Shown: one piece after another, positions 30,101 to 40,516 of the stretch
Layout: each line of letters opens with the position of its first letter
How positions within the stretch are numbered: position 1 is the stretch's first letter
Assembly: GCA_902572515.1 (NCBI GenBank)
Contig: CACGGJ010000004.1
Coordinates: forward strand, 2,933-66,932
Reading direction: 5' to 3'
DNA length: 64,000 nucleotides
Origin: an uncultured Pelagibacteraceae bacterium
GTDB taxonomy: Bacteria; Pseudomonadota; Alphaproteobacteria; Pelagibacterales; Pelagibacteraceae
Program-made: the position numbers and the translations under genes
Notes under the pieces: model-generated
Database searches by the model: none
What the model was told of the DNA's origin: nothing
The model's input: only the letters and a program-made list of their open reading frames with translations

Positions 30101-30128
30101 TTTATCCTTTTCTTTACCCTAATTGATT

Positions 30129-30171
30129 TGCGAATGAGAATTATTCTCAATGCGAATGATTATCAATCGCA
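30129..30171. promoter_or_regulatory. Tandem Fur-type iron boxes
   Basis: Perfect 7-1-7 palindrome TGAGAAT-T-ATTCTCA (30135-30149) and adjacent TGCGAAT-G-ATTATCA (30151-30165) upstream of fbpA. Confidence 0.8.
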
Positions 30172-30223
30172 TATTATGTCGCAGTATACAAGGGTTATTT
30201 GATATTATTTGTAGGGGGTATTT

Positions 30224-31111
30224 TTATTTCCAATCGCCGATTTTACTGAATAAGAAATTTCTAAAAGCTTGGACTCTAGCTGTGTTTTTTAATGATTGAG
30301 GATAAACAAAATGTGCTTCTGTTATTGGTCCTTCTACTTTTGGAAGTACTTTAATTATATTACTAGTATTTGAAACTAAATATTCTGGTAATGCTGCCAA
30401 ACCCACACCAGACTCAACGCCATATAATAAACCACTAACACTATTAACCTTCATAATAGATTTTCTTTTTTTCCCATCATGCATTCCTATTTTTAAAGCC
30501 CAATCAGGATTATAAACTGGCGAAGGAGCACCTTTTCCAAATGAAATAAATTTATGTTTGTTTAAATCATTAACTGTTTTTGGCATTCCATTTTTTTCTA
30601 AATATTTATTTGATCCATAAATATAATACTTAATATCAACTAATTTTTTCTGAATATAATTAAGCTGTTTTGGTCTTCTCATAAAAATTCCAATATCAGC
30701 TTGACGAGTACTTAGATCTAATTCTTTATCATCAAAAACGAGTTCAATCTCAATTTCTGGGTTAAGTGTCATAAATTCTTGAATTCTTGGTGTTAACCAA
30801 TGTGTTCCAAAACTTCTTACAGTTGTGATTGTTAATTTTCCTGTTGGTTTACTCTTTTGATCACCTAATGATGTTTCAACTTCTTTAAGTTTACTAATCA
30901 CCTCATGAGCAGTTTTAAAAACATATTCTCCATTTTGCGTGAGGGTTAAGCCTCTTGCATGTCTTTCAAACAACTGCACTTTTAAATCTTGTTCTAATGA
31001 TTGTATTTGTCTGCTAATTGCTGATTGACTAAGATTTAAATTAACAGTAGCATTCGTAAAGCTTCCAGCTTCAGCCACAGCATGAAAAATTTTTAATTTA
31101 TCCCAATCCAT
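30224..31111 (-). CDS. LysR family transcriptional regulator
   Basis: MDWDKLKIFHAVAEAGSFT..SQSAISRQI..LFERHARG HTH. Confidence 0.93.
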   Translation of the reverse strand: MDWDKLKIFHAVAEAGSFTNATVNLNLSQSAISRQIQSLEQDLKVQLFERHARGLTLTQNGEYVFKTAHEVISKLKEVETSLGDQKSKPTGKLTITTVRSFGTHWLTPRIQEFMTLNPEIEIELVFDDKELDLSTRQADIGIFMRRPKQLNYIQKKLVDIKYYIYGSNKYLEKNGMPKTVNDLNKHKFISFGKGAPSPVYNPDWALKIGMHDGKKRKSIMKVNSVSGLLYGVESGVGLAALPEYLVSNTSNIIKVLPKVEGPITEAHFVYPQSLKNTARVQAFRNFLFSKIGDWK

Positions 31112-32112
31112 TATTTATTTAAATCAACTAATACTCTTCCAGCAATTTCACCTTTTAAAATTTTTGGATAAGTTTCAACTAATTCCTCCAAACTAACAGT
31201 TAAAACTGATTTCTCAATTAAATCAAAATCAATTAATTTTGATGCCTCGCCCCAAATAAATTCTCTTCTTTTTATACTGCAATTAGCAGAATCCATTCCC
31301 CAAACTTTAATACCTCTTAACATAAAAGGGAGTAAATTTGTATTAAGCTCATTGCTGTTCGCGTTTCCACAAACTGCAATAATTCCATTTGACTTTGTTT
31401 GTGCTATTGCGTTAGCTAAAATTTTTCCACCTACAGTATCAACTACTCCATCCCATAAACCTTTATCTATTGGTCTTGGATCTTTATCAAATTCTGCCCT
31501 ATTTATAATGTTTTTAGCACCTAATGATTTTAAATAGTCTGACTTAGAGTCTTTTCCTGTTACAGCAGTAACGTTGTAACCTAATTTAGTTAAAGCCATA
31601 ACTGCTAAACTACCAACTCCACCTGTTGCGCCAGTTACCAAAACATCATTAACTTTTTCTCCTAATAAAATACTTTCTCTTGCTTGAATAGCAAATGCAC
31701 TCATTAGAGAAGTTAAACCAGCTGTTCCTAAAATCATTGCTTGTTTGCTAGTCAAACTATCTGGTTTTTTTACTAAAAAATCTCCACTTACTTTTGCAAT
31801 TTGTGAAAACCCTCCAAAAAAAACTTCTCCCACTCTAAAACCAGTAAGAATTACTTCATCACCTTCTTTAAATTTTGGATTGTCACTTCCAATAACAGTT
31901 CCAGAAAAATCTATCCCTGGAATATGAGGATATTCTTTAACTAATCTTCCCCCATTCTTAAGAATCATTCCATCTTTAAAGTTTAAGTCCGAATAATCTA
32001 CTTTTACAGTTACATCTCCGTGTTTTAAGAAACTCTTATCTAAAGATTTTACTTCACGCGAAAAGTTTTCGCCTTCTTGGTTAAGGACTATTGCTTTGAA
32101 TTGATCGGACAC
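31111..32112 (-). CDS. acuI: Acryloyl-CoA reductase (YhdH/AcuI, MDR family)
   Basis: YSDLNFKD, YPHIPGID, GTAGLT, TGATGGVGS, VDTVGG, PFMLRG. Confidence 0.8.
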   Translation of the reverse strand: MSDQFKAIVLNQEGENFSREVKSLDKSFLKHGDVTVKVDYSDLNFKDGMILKNGGRLVKEYPHIPGIDFSGTVIGSDNPKFKEGDEVILTGFRVGEVFFGGFSQIAKVSGDFLVKKPDSLTSKQAMILGTAGLTSLMSAFAIQARESILLGEKVNDVLVTGATGGVGSLAVMALTKLGYNVTAVTGKDSKSDYLKSLGAKNIINRAEFDKDPRPIDKGLWDGVVDTVGGKILANAIAQTKSNGIIAVCGNANSNELNTNLLPFMLRGIKVWGMDSANCSIKRREFIWGEASKLIDFDLIEKSVLTVSLEELVETYPKILKGEIAGRVLVDLNK

Positions 32113-32113
32113 T

Positions 32114-32734
32114 TTAATCTTTTAACGTAGTGCTGATAAATCGTAAATATCTATTTTGATAGCTTAAATCTTCTTTGAATTGACCTAAGTAAAAATTAGT
32201 AACTGTTGTTGCTTGCTCTTTTTTAATACCTCTCATAGTCATACACTGATGAGTTGAATCTATTGTTACAGCCACACCTTTTGCATCTAAAGCTTCCATT
32301 AGAGTATTTGCAATCTGAACAGTTAATCTTTCTTGTGTCTGTAATCTCTTTGAAAATATTTCAACTACTCTTGCAATTTTACTTAATCCTACAACTCTTT
32401 CATTTGGTATATAGGCAACATGAGCTTTTCCTATAATTGGAGCCATATGGTGTTCACAGTGACTTTGCACCGAAATATTTTTTTGAACAACCATGTCGCT
32501 GTAACCTTCAACATCACCGAAAGTTTTATCTAATACTTTTTTTGCATCCTCATTGTAACCTTGAAAATATTCTTTAAAAGCTTTTACAACTCTTTTAGGA
32601 GTTTCTAGCAACCCTTCTCTTTTAGGGTCCTCTCCCATCCATGATAAAATAGTTCTAATTGCTTCTTCAGCTTCTTTATCTGAAACCTTTTTTGTATCTA
32701 AATTTTTGTCGTCTGTGTCTTTTACTAATTTCAT
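32114..32734 (-). CDS. folE: GTP cyclohydrolase I
   Basis: REGLLETPKRV, SHCEHH, GLSK, RLQTQERLT, HQCMTMRG. Confidence 0.95.
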   Translation of the reverse strand: MKLVKDTDDKNLDTKKVSDKEAEEAIRTILSWMGEDPKREGLLETPKRVVKAFKEYFQGYNEDAKKVLDKTFGDVEGYSDMVVQKNISVQSHCEHHMAPIIGKAHVAYIPNERVVGLSKIARVVEIFSKRLQTQERLTVQIANTLMEALDAKGVAVTIDSTHQCMTMRGIKKEQATTVTNFYLGQFKEDLSYQNRYLRFISTTLKD

Positions 32735-32811
32735 AGCGCCTTTTTATACAGTAAATACCTGAATTTAAAAATATTTAATATATTTAGATATGTGCTACAT
32801 AATCACCCCGT

Positions 32812-33279
32812 ATGTTCAAAAAAAGAGAAAATATCTATGATATTGAAGAAGGCAATCTTCTATCACCAAAATTTGATAATGATGGTTTGATTCCAGTCAT
32901 TACTATGTGTTCAAAAACAAAGGATATTTTAATGCATGGATATATGAATGTGGAAGCTTTGAAAAAGACAATTGAAACTAAAGAGGCACACTATTTTAGC
33001 AGATCGAGAAAAGCTATCTGGCATAAAGGTAAAACAAGTGGTTTTACGCAAAAGGTTACTGAAATAAGAATTGATGATGATCAAGACTCAATATGGTTAA
33101 CAGTTGATATTGGCGATGGAGCAAGTTGTCATGTTGGTTATAGGTCTTGTTTTTATAGATCAGTTCCTATGGGACCAATAGAAAATGGAAGAAAAGTTGA
33201 AATGGAATTTCTTGAAAAAGAAAAAAAATTTGATCCTGAAGAAGTTTATAAAGGTCAACCAAATCCTACAAAAATTTAA
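32812..33279 (+). CDS. hisI: Phosphoribosyl-AMP cyclohydrolase
   Basis: GLIPV, YFSRSR..WHKGKTSG, DDDQD, SCHVGYRSCFY. Confidence 0.92.
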   Translation: MFKKRENIYDIEEGNLLSPKFDNDGLIPVITMCSKTKDILMHGYMNVEALKKTIETKEAHYFSRSRKAIWHKGKTSGFTQKVTEIRIDDDQDSIWLTVDIGDGASCHVGYRSCFYRSVPMGPIENGRKVEMEFLEKEKKFDPEEVYKGQPNPTKI

Positions 33280-33654
33280 ATGAGCGAGAAACAAAAAAAT
33301 GTTCTAGGTGAGGATCTAGAAGAATGTTCAAATGATCCTTTAACAGGTTGGTTTCGTGATGGTTGTTGTAACACTGACGAAAATGATCATGGACTTCATA
33401 CAGTTTGTGCTAAAGTTACTACCGAATGCTTAGAGTGGATGAAAGATGCAGGTAACGATTTAATAACTCCACATCCTGAATTTGGGTTTCCAGGTTTAAA
33501 AGATGGAGATGGATGGTGTTTGTGTGCTAGTTGGTATGCAAGAGCAGTTGAAGCCGGTAAAGGGTGTCCAATATTTTTGAAAAGAACTCACGAAAACACT
33601 CTTAAATATGTACCTATTGAAACTTTGAAAAAGTTTGCAATAGACTTATCTTAA
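33280..33654 (+). CDS. DUF2237 family protein
   Basis: NVLGEDLEEC..PLTGWFRDGCC, FPGLKDGDGWCLCA. Confidence 0.88.
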   Translation: MSEKQKNVLGEDLEECSNDPLTGWFRDGCCNTDENDHGLHTVCAKVTTECLEWMKDAGNDLITPHPEFGFPGLKDGDGWCLCASWYARAVEAGKGCPIFLKRTHENTLKYVPIETLKKFAIDLS

Positions 33655-35274
33655 TTACATATTTCCATATCTTGGACCACCACTTCCTTCCGGTGTAACC
33701 CAAGTTATATTTTGAGAAGGTTCTTTAATATCACATGTTTTACAATGAATGCAATTTTGAGAATTAATTACAAATTTATTTACATCATTTTCTTTTTGAA
33801 CCTCATAAACTCCTGCAGGACAATATCTTTGAGCAGGTTCGTCAAATTTTTCTAAAGTATAATTAATTGGTAAATCAGGATCTTTAAGTTTTAAATGAAC
33901 TGGTTGATTGTCTGCATGATTGGTTCCAGTTAAATACACTGAACTTGTTTTGTCAAAAGTTATAACATTATCATATTTTGGATAATCTATTTTAGGCATT
34001 TGGTTTGCAGGTTTTAATGTTTCATGATCAGCATGTTTATGTTTAAGTGTAAAAGGAAGTTTTCCTCTAAATAAAATTTGATCAATACCTGTGAAAATTA
34101 TTCCTAAAATTAATCCCCAGCTAAAACTAGGTTTTACATTTCTGGCTTCATAAAGCTCTTTATATAACCAACTATTTTTAAATTTATTTTCATAAATTGA
34201 TAAATCTTTGTTTTCTTTTAAGTGTTCATTAATAGTTTCGGCTGCAATGATCCCACTTTTCATCGCTGTATGAGAACCTTTAATTTTTGGCATATTTAAA
34301 GTTCCAGCGTCACAACCAACTAGTAAAGCTCCAGGCATAAACATTTTTGGCAAACTTTGAAATCCACCTTCAATTAAAGCTCTTGCGCCGTAAGAAATTC
34401 TTTTTCCACCTTCTATAATTTTTTTTATTGCTGGATGTGTTTTAAATCTCTGAAATTCATCATAAGGAGATAAATGTGGATTTTTGTAATCTAGACCAAT
34501 TACATAGCCCAGAAAAACTTGTTTATTTTCTGCATGATACATAAAACTACCACCATATGTATTGTTATCTAATGGCCATCCAGCTGTATGCATAACTAAG
34601 CCCTCTTCGTGATTTTTATCTTCTATTTCCCAAATTTCTTTAAAACCAATTCCATATTGTTGAGGATCTTTACCTTTGTTTAATTCAAATTTTTCAATCA
34701 ATTGTTTGCCTAAGTGGCCTCTGCAACCTTCTGCAAAAACAGTTACTTTACCTAAAAGTTCAATACCAGGTTCAAAACTATCTTTTTTATTACCGTCTTT
34801 GTCTATGCCCATATCTTGAGTTGCAACACCTTTAACAGATCCATCTTCGTTATATAAAATTTCACTTGCTGGAAATCCTGGAAAAATCTCTACACCTAAA
34901 TTTTCAGCTTGTTCAGCAAGCCATCTACATAAATTTGCAAGACTAATAATATAATTTTTATGATTTTGTTGCACCGCAGGTAGGAGCCAAGTTGGCCAAC
35001 TTAAAGATTTGGTTTTTCCTAAAAATAAAAATTTTTCTTTAGTTACTTTTGTTTTGATTGGAGAATTTAATTCTCTCCAATTTGGTAGTAATTCATCTAG
35101 AGCACGCGTCTCAAATACATTTCCACTTAAAATATGAGCTCCAATCTCTGATGCTTTTTCCAATAAACAAACATTTAAATTTGCATCTAGTTGTTTTAAC
35201 TTTATTGCAGTTGATAACCCTGATGGTCCTCCACCAATGATTACAACATCATATTCCATTGATTCTCTAGACAT
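33655..35274 (-). CDS. Electron transfer flavoprotein-ubiquinone oxidoreductase
   Basis: GGGPSGL, GAHILSG, AEGCRG, CPAGVYE, NCIHCKTCDIK. Confidence 0.95.
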   Translation of the reverse strand: MSRESMEYDVVIIGGGPSGLSTAIKLKQLDANLNVCLLEKASEIGAHILSGNVFETRALDELLPNWRELNSPIKTKVTKEKFLFLGKTKSLSWPTWLLPAVQQNHKNYIISLANLCRWLAEQAENLGVEIFPGFPASEILYNEDGSVKGVATQDMGIDKDGNKKDSFEPGIELLGKVTVFAEGCRGHLGKQLIEKFELNKGKDPQQYGIGFKEIWEIEDKNHEEGLVMHTAGWPLDNNTYGGSFMYHAENKQVFLGYVIGLDYKNPHLSPYDEFQRFKTHPAIKKIIEGGKRISYGARALIEGGFQSLPKMFMPGALLVGCDAGTLNMPKIKGSHTAMKSGIIAAETINEHLKENKDLSIYENKFKNSWLYKELYEARNVKPSFSWGLILGIIFTGIDQILFRGKLPFTLKHKHADHETLKPANQMPKIDYPKYDNVITFDKTSSVYLTGTNHADNQPVHLKLKDPDLPINYTLEKFDEPAQRYCPAGVYEVQKENDVNKFVINSQNCIHCKTCDIKEPSQNITWVTPEGSGGPRYGNM

Positions 35275-35297
35275 ACTCTAGTTTTTAACTGTAAGGA

Positions 35298-36251
35298 TTA
35301 TTTTTGTATAGTGTTTAATTTGTTCAGCTCTTCCATGAACTGAGGCAGTGCCTCAAATAAATCAGCTTCAAGTCCATAATCTGCAACACTAAATATTGGA
35401 GCTTCACCATCTTTATTAATTGCAACTATAACTTTACTTTCCTTCATTCCTGCTAAATGTTGAATAGCACCTGAAATTCCAACAGCGATATATAGATCTG
35501 GTACTACCACTTTTCCTGTTTGACCTACTTGATGATCATTACTTATGTATCCAGCATCTACTGCTGCTCTTGATGCTCCAATTGCTGCACCTAGTTTGTC
35601 AGCAATTTCTGTAATTAATTTAAAATTGTCACCACTTTGCATTCCTCTACCACCTGATACAACAATTCTTGCTGTTCCAAGTTCAGGTCGATCAGATTTA
35701 ATTTCTTCTCTTTTGATAAATTTTGTATTTGAAAACTCTTCACTAGAATCTACTTTTTCAATTGGAGCTGATCCACCTGTGCTTTCACAGGGATCGAAAG
35801 ATGTGGGTCTGATTGTAACGCACTTTTTAGCATCATTACTCTTAATTGTTGCAAAAGCGTTACCGGCATAAATTGGCCTTAAAAAAGTATCTGGTGATAT
35901 TACTTTAATAATGTCGCTTACTTGCGATGTGTCAAGATGAGCTGCAATTCGCGGCATCAAATTTTTCCCAAATGTATTTGCTGAACAAACAATATGAGAA
36001 TAATTTTCTGCTAGTTTAACAATCACTGGAGCAAAATTTTCTGCAGTGAAGTTTTCATAGTGAGCTCCTTCTACACTCAATACTTTTTTTACTACCGGAA
36101 GTTCAGATAATTGTTTTGCAGCATCTGCAGAATTTTGACCAATAATTACAGCATGAACATCTGAGTCAATTTGAGATGCTGCTGTAGCTGCATTAAGAGT
36201 AAATGGTCTTAATTCTTTATTATTGTGTTCCGCTATAAGTAAAACTGCCAT
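35298..36251 (-). CDS. etfA: Electron transfer flavoprotein alpha subunit
   Basis: [35 protein letters not shown]. Confidence 0.95.
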   Translation of the reverse strand: MAVLLIAEHNNKELRPFTLNAATAASQIDSDVHAVIIGQNSADAAKQLSELPVVKKVLSVEGAHYENFTAENFAPVIVKLAENYSHIVCSANTFGKNLMPRIAAHLDTSQVSDIIKVISPDTFLRPIYAGNAFATIKSNDAKKCVTIRPTSFDPCESTGGSAPIEKVDSSEEFSNTKFIKREEIKSDRPELGTARIVVSGGRGMQSGDNFKLITEIADKLGAAIGASRAAVDAGYISNDHQVGQTGKVVVPDLYIAVGISGAIQHLAGMKESKVIVAINKDGEAPIFSVADYGLEADLFEALPQFMEELNKLNTIQK

Positions 36252-37000
36252 TAAATTACCTTCGCCTCATTTTTTAACTTTTGAACTAATTCAGCAACAT
36301 TTGCTACTTTAATACCTGCTTTTCTTTTTGGAGGTTCCTCTACTTTTAATTGTTCTAATCTTGGTGATACATCTACGCCTAAATCAGAAGCAGCAATTTC
36401 CTCTATAGGTTTTTTCTTAGCTTTCATTATATTTGGTAATGATGCATATCTTGGTTCATTCAGCCTAAGATCACAAGTTACAATAGCTGGAACATTTATT
36501 TCGATTGTTTCAAGACCTTCGTCTATTTCTCTAGTTACTTCTAATTTATTATCTTTAACATCAATCTTTGAGGCAAATGTTGCTTGTGGCCAATTTAATA
36601 AAGCACTCAACATTTGGCCTGTTTGATTACAATCATCGTCTATTGCTTGTTTGCCCATAAATACTAAATCTGGTTTTTCTTTATCTGCTATTTTTTGTAA
36701 AATTTTTGAAACAGCGAGTGGTTCTAAAATTCCATCAACTTTCACATGAATGCCTCTGTCCGCACCAACCGCTAAAGCTTTCCTAACAGTTTCTTGAGCT
36801 TTTTCTTCACCGACAGTTACTGCAACTACTTCTGTAGCTTTGCCTGCCTCTTTAATTTTTACTGCCTCTTCTATTGCATTATCATCAGGAGGATTGGTTG
36901 ACATTTTTACATTGTCAGTAACTACACCAGTTCCATCTTCTTTAACTCTGATTTGAACGTTGTAATCAATAACCCTTTTTACAGCTACTAAAATTTTCAT
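36251..37000 (-). CDS. etfB: Electron transfer flavoprotein beta subunit
   Basis: [25 protein letters not shown]. Confidence 0.95.
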   Translation of the reverse strand: MKILVAVKRVIDYNVQIRVKEDGTGVVTDNVKMSTNPPDDNAIEEAVKIKEAGKATEVVAVTVGEEKAQETVRKALAVGADRGIHVKVDGILEPLAVSKILQKIADKEKPDLVFMGKQAIDDDCNQTGQMLSALLNWPQATFASKIDVKDNKLEVTREIDEGLETIEINVPAIVTCDLRLNEPRYASLPNIMKAKKKPIEEIAASDLGVDVSPRLEQLKVEEPPKRKAGIKVANVAELVQKLKNEAKVI

Positions 37001-39432
37001 TAAGCTCTTAATAAATTATTTTGTGAATCATATGGACTCTCATCTAATACAGTAGCGTCGTACATTTCTCCCAATATATCAACTTGTAATTTGTCGCCCA
37101 CATTTGAACAATCTGGCTTAACCATTGCAAGAGCTATTGATTTATCTAATCTAAAACCAAATTCACCCCCGGTTGCTCTTCCAACAACTTTTCCATCTTT
37201 AAAAATTGGATTATTTCCAAGCACATCCGCATCTTTAGTATTATGAACCTCTAAAGTGACCAATTTATTATCAAAACCTTTTTCTCTCCATTTGTTAAGT
37301 GCTTCTAACCCAATAAAGTTTCCTTTATTTGGATGAACAAATCTATCAAGACCAGACTCATATGGTGAGTATTCAATTGATAATTCTGTACCAACTAGTT
37401 TATAAGATTTTTCTACTCTTAAACTATTCATTGCTCTAATCCCAAAAGGTTTAATTCCTAAATCTTTGCCCGCTTCCATTAATTTATCAAAAATATGGTT
37501 TTGATATTCAATTGGATGATGTAGTTCCCACCCAAGCTCACCCACAAAGTTTACTCTCATTGCATTTACTGGAGCATAGCCAACATTTACGTTTTTAGCA
37601 GTCAACCATTTAAAATTTTCATTAGAAAAATCGTCTGTTGAAACCTTTTGCATTAATTGTCTTGCTTTTGGTCCAGCTACTACCAGAACTCCTGTACTAT
37701 TTGTTAGATCTTCAAATATTACAGACCCATCATCTGGCATCCATTTTTGTATCCAGTCATGGTCTAATCTTAAATTTGCTCCAGCAGAAACTAAATAATA
37801 ACTATTTTCCGCTTCTTTCATTATTGTAAATTCTGAATGCACTCCACCTTTGGTGTTCAAAGCATGACATAAATTTATTCTTCCAATTTTCTTAGGAAGT
37901 TTGTTTGCAACTAAATAATCTAAAAATTCCTCTGCTTTTGGTCCCCTAATTCTACATTTTGCAAACGCAGTCATATCTAAAAGACCTACGTTTTCTTTAA
38001 CATTTTGACATTCTTTTTTAATAGCATCAAACCATTTCGATCTTCTAAATGACCAATCATCTTTTTGTTCCATTCCGTCTGTTGCAAAAAAATTAGGTCT
38101 TTCCCATCCAAACTTCTGACCAAACACAGCGCCTAAATTTTTCATTCGTTCATAACAAGGAGCTGTTCTTAATGGTCTTGCCGCTGGTCTTTCTTCATCT
38201 GGATAGTGAACAATAAATACATGGCTGTATGCTTCCTCATTTTTTGCTTTCAAATAAGATTTAGTTGCGTAGTTCCCGTAACGTCTTGGTTCAACTCCTA
38301 ACATATCAATTGTAGGTTCACCATCAACGATCCATTCTGCTAACTGCCAGCCTGCACCACCTGCTGCTGTTATTCCAAAACTATGTCCTTCATTTATCCA
38401 AAAATTTTTAAGTCCCCAAGCAGGACCAACAATTGGATTTCCATCAGGAGTATAACAAATTGCTCCGTTATAAACTTTCTTTACTCCAACCTCTCCAAAT
38501 GCAGGAACTCTATGAATTGCTCCTTCAATGTGTGGAGCTAATCTGTCTAAGTCTTCTTGAAATAATTCATATTCTGAATTTTTTGATGGACCTTCTACAT
38601 AACAAGCTGGTGCACCATCTTCATATGGACCCAAAATTAATCCTCCAGCTTCTTCTCTCATATACCATCTACTATCACTGTCTCTTAAGACTCCCATTTC
38701 TGGTAATCCATCTTTTTTTCTTTTTTGAATTGCAGGGTGAGGTTCTGTAACAATGTATTGATGTTCAACAGGTATTACTGGAATATCTAATCCTACCATT
38801 TCACCTGTTTGTCGTGCAAAATTTCCTGAACAAGAAATAACATGCTCACATTCTATTGATCCCTTATCTGTTTCTACAACCCATCCATCTTTAGTTTGTC
38901 TCATCGATAGTACAGTTGTATTTCTATAAATTTCAGCTCCTCTGTTTCTTGCACCTGTCGCTAATGCTTGTGTTAAATCTGCTGGTTGAATATATCCATC
39001 CTCAGGGTGTTGTATTGCGCCAACTAAATCATCTGTATGACATAATGGCCAAATTTCTTTAACTTGCTCTGGTTTCAAAAATTTAACATCTACTCCAATA
39101 GTTCGAGCAACACCCGCATATTGATGGTATTCATCCATTCTATCTTTTGTGCTCGCTAAACGAATATTTGAAACAACACTAAAGCCAACATTTTTTCCTG
39201 TTTCTTCCTCAAGTGTTTTGTAAAGATTAACTGCATACTTATGAAGTTGTCCCACAGAATAACTCATATTGAATAAAGGTAATAATCCTGCGGCGTGCCA
39301 AGTAGATCCTGAAGTTAATTCTTTTCTTTCAATAAGAACTACATCGGACCAACCTTTTTTTGCTAAATGATAAAGAGCGCTAACTCCTACAACTCCTCCA
39401 CCAACTACTACAACTTTAGTTTTTGTTTTCAT
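37000..39432 (-). CDS. Dimethylglycine dehydrogenase-like FAD/GcvT-domain oxidoreductase (copy 1)
   Basis: [45 protein letters not shown]. Confidence 0.85.
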   Translation of the reverse strand: MKTKTKVVVVGGGVVGVSALYHLAKKGWSDVVLIERKELTSGSTWHAAGLLPLFNMSYSVGQLHKYAVNLYKTLEEETGKNVGFSVVSNIRLASTKDRMDEYHQYAGVARTIGVDVKFLKPEQVKEIWPLCHTDDLVGAIQHPEDGYIQPADLTQALATGARNRGAEIYRNTTVLSMRQTKDGWVVETDKGSIECEHVISCSGNFARQTGEMVGLDIPVIPVEHQYIVTEPHPAIQKRKKDGLPEMGVLRDSDSRWYMREEAGGLILGPYEDGAPACYVEGPSKNSEYELFQEDLDRLAPHIEGAIHRVPAFGEVGVKKVYNGAICYTPDGNPIVGPAWGLKNFWINEGHSFGITAAGGAGWQLAEWIVDGEPTIDMLGVEPRRYGNYATKSYLKAKNEEAYSHVFIVHYPDEERPAARPLRTAPCYERMKNLGAVFGQKFGWERPNFFATDGMEQKDDWSFRRSKWFDAIKKECQNVKENVGLLDMTAFAKCRIRGPKAEEFLDYLVANKLPKKIGRINLCHALNTKGGVHSEFTIMKEAENSYYLVSAGANLRLDHDWIQKWMPDDGSVIFEDLTNSTGVLVVAGPKARQLMQKVSTDDFSNENFKWLTAKNVNVGYAPVNAMRVNFVGELGWELHHPIEYQNHIFDKLMEAGKDLGIKPFGIRAMNSLRVEKSYKLVGTELSIEYSPYESGLDRFVHPNKGNFIGLEALNKWREKGFDNKLVTLEVHNTKDADVLGNNPIFKDGKVVGRATGGEFGFRLDKSIALAMVKPDCSNVGDKLQVDILGEMYDATVLDESPYDSQNNLLRA

Positions 39433-39489
39433 TCTGCGATTCCTACTAAATTTTTAATTGTTACGAAACAAAAATGTATATGTGAACAA

Positions 39490-39966
39490 TCAAATTGAGC
39501 TTCCAAGAGGGATTGGACTGGATACCATTGTGGTTAACCAACAGTCTTTCAAAGTTCCCTCAGAGGTGTACTTTTCGACTTGCCAATTGAATTTGTGATA
39601 AATTTTGTCCTTATCAAGAATGATAACTTCAAATTGAGCCCATTTGTCACTACTTCCAAGCTCAGTTATTGTGTGACTTAGGTGGTTAATCATCATCCCA
39701 TAAGAGTCGCTTTTTATCATCATCTTAAAGTTGCTTAATGGTCCTGTTACTCTCTTATTATTTGGGTGAGCAAATTTCCAAGTTTGTTCTATGCCGCTAT
39801 CTTTATATTCAAGATCATTTTGTTGAAGCCCACTCAATTGAATTTTAATAACTTCTTTCGGGCCTATAGTGCTATTGGGGCTTAATAATTCAGCGTAAGA
39901 AAATGAAATAAAAAAAAAAAATAAAATTACAGCTTTAAAGATTATTAGCGGTTTTCCTAACATCAT
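39490..39966 (-). CDS. Exported hypothetical protein, DUF4864-like
   Basis: Signal peptide; PKEVIKIQL..Q.ND, FAHP.N..TGPL..F..M. Confidence 0.6.
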   Translation of the reverse strand: MMLGKPLIIFKAVILFFFFISFSYAELLSPNSTIGPKEVIKIQLSGLQQNDLEYKDSGIEQTWKFAHPNNKRVTGPLSNFKMMIKSDSYGMMINHLSHTITELGSSDKWAQFEVIILDKDKIYHKFNWQVEKYTSEGTLKDCWLTTMVSSPIPLGSSI

Positions 39967-40504
39967 TCAAAAATTCTTGTCTCTTTGCATCACTAACAAA
40001 GGGTACTGCAAAATATCTTCTATAGACAATGTTATATATGCCACACATATGGAATACTCCTCTTTTTAATCTTCTAATTGGTAGGTTTAAAAAAAAAGTT
40101 GTAATTGCTAATCTTGGTGAACCATATGTGCAGAATATTATAGCTTTTTTATCTCTTAAGTTTCCAATTGGGTAACCGTAATTTCCAACCAACTGTTTAA
40201 ATCTAAACGCCCAAGGTGGGGCTAAAACTTTATCTATCCAACCCTCAACTATCGCTGGCATCCTAAAATTCCAAATTGGAGCAATTAAAACAATTGTATC
40301 ACTATCTTCAATTCTTTTTCTATGATCTAAAACTTCTTGATCAGGTTCCTCTCCAGCAAAAACAGGATCAAATTTCTCTTTATATAAATCAACAACGTCA
40401 ACTTGATTTCCATTTACTTTTGATTGTTTAACAAATTCATCTCGAATTGCTGCATTAAATGAATTGTCATTGTAGTGCCCATACACTAAGAAAATTTTTT
40501 TCAT
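39935..40504 (-). CDS. NAD(P)H:quinone oxidoreductase (flavodoxin-2 fold)
   Basis: YGH..SFN, DLYKEKFDP, PIWNFRMPAIVEGWIDKV. Confidence 0.85.
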   Translation of the reverse strand: MKKIFLVYGHYNDNSFNAAIRDEFVKQSKVNGNQVDVVDLYKEKFDPVFAGEEPDQEVLDHRKRIEDSDTIVLIAPIWNFRMPAIVEGWIDKVLAPPWAFRFKQLVGNYGYPIGNLRDKKAIIFCTYGSPRLAITTFFLNLPIRRLKRGVFHMCGIYNIVYRRYFAVPFVSDAKRQEFLNDVRKTANNL

Positions 40505-40516
40505 TTTATAAAATTT

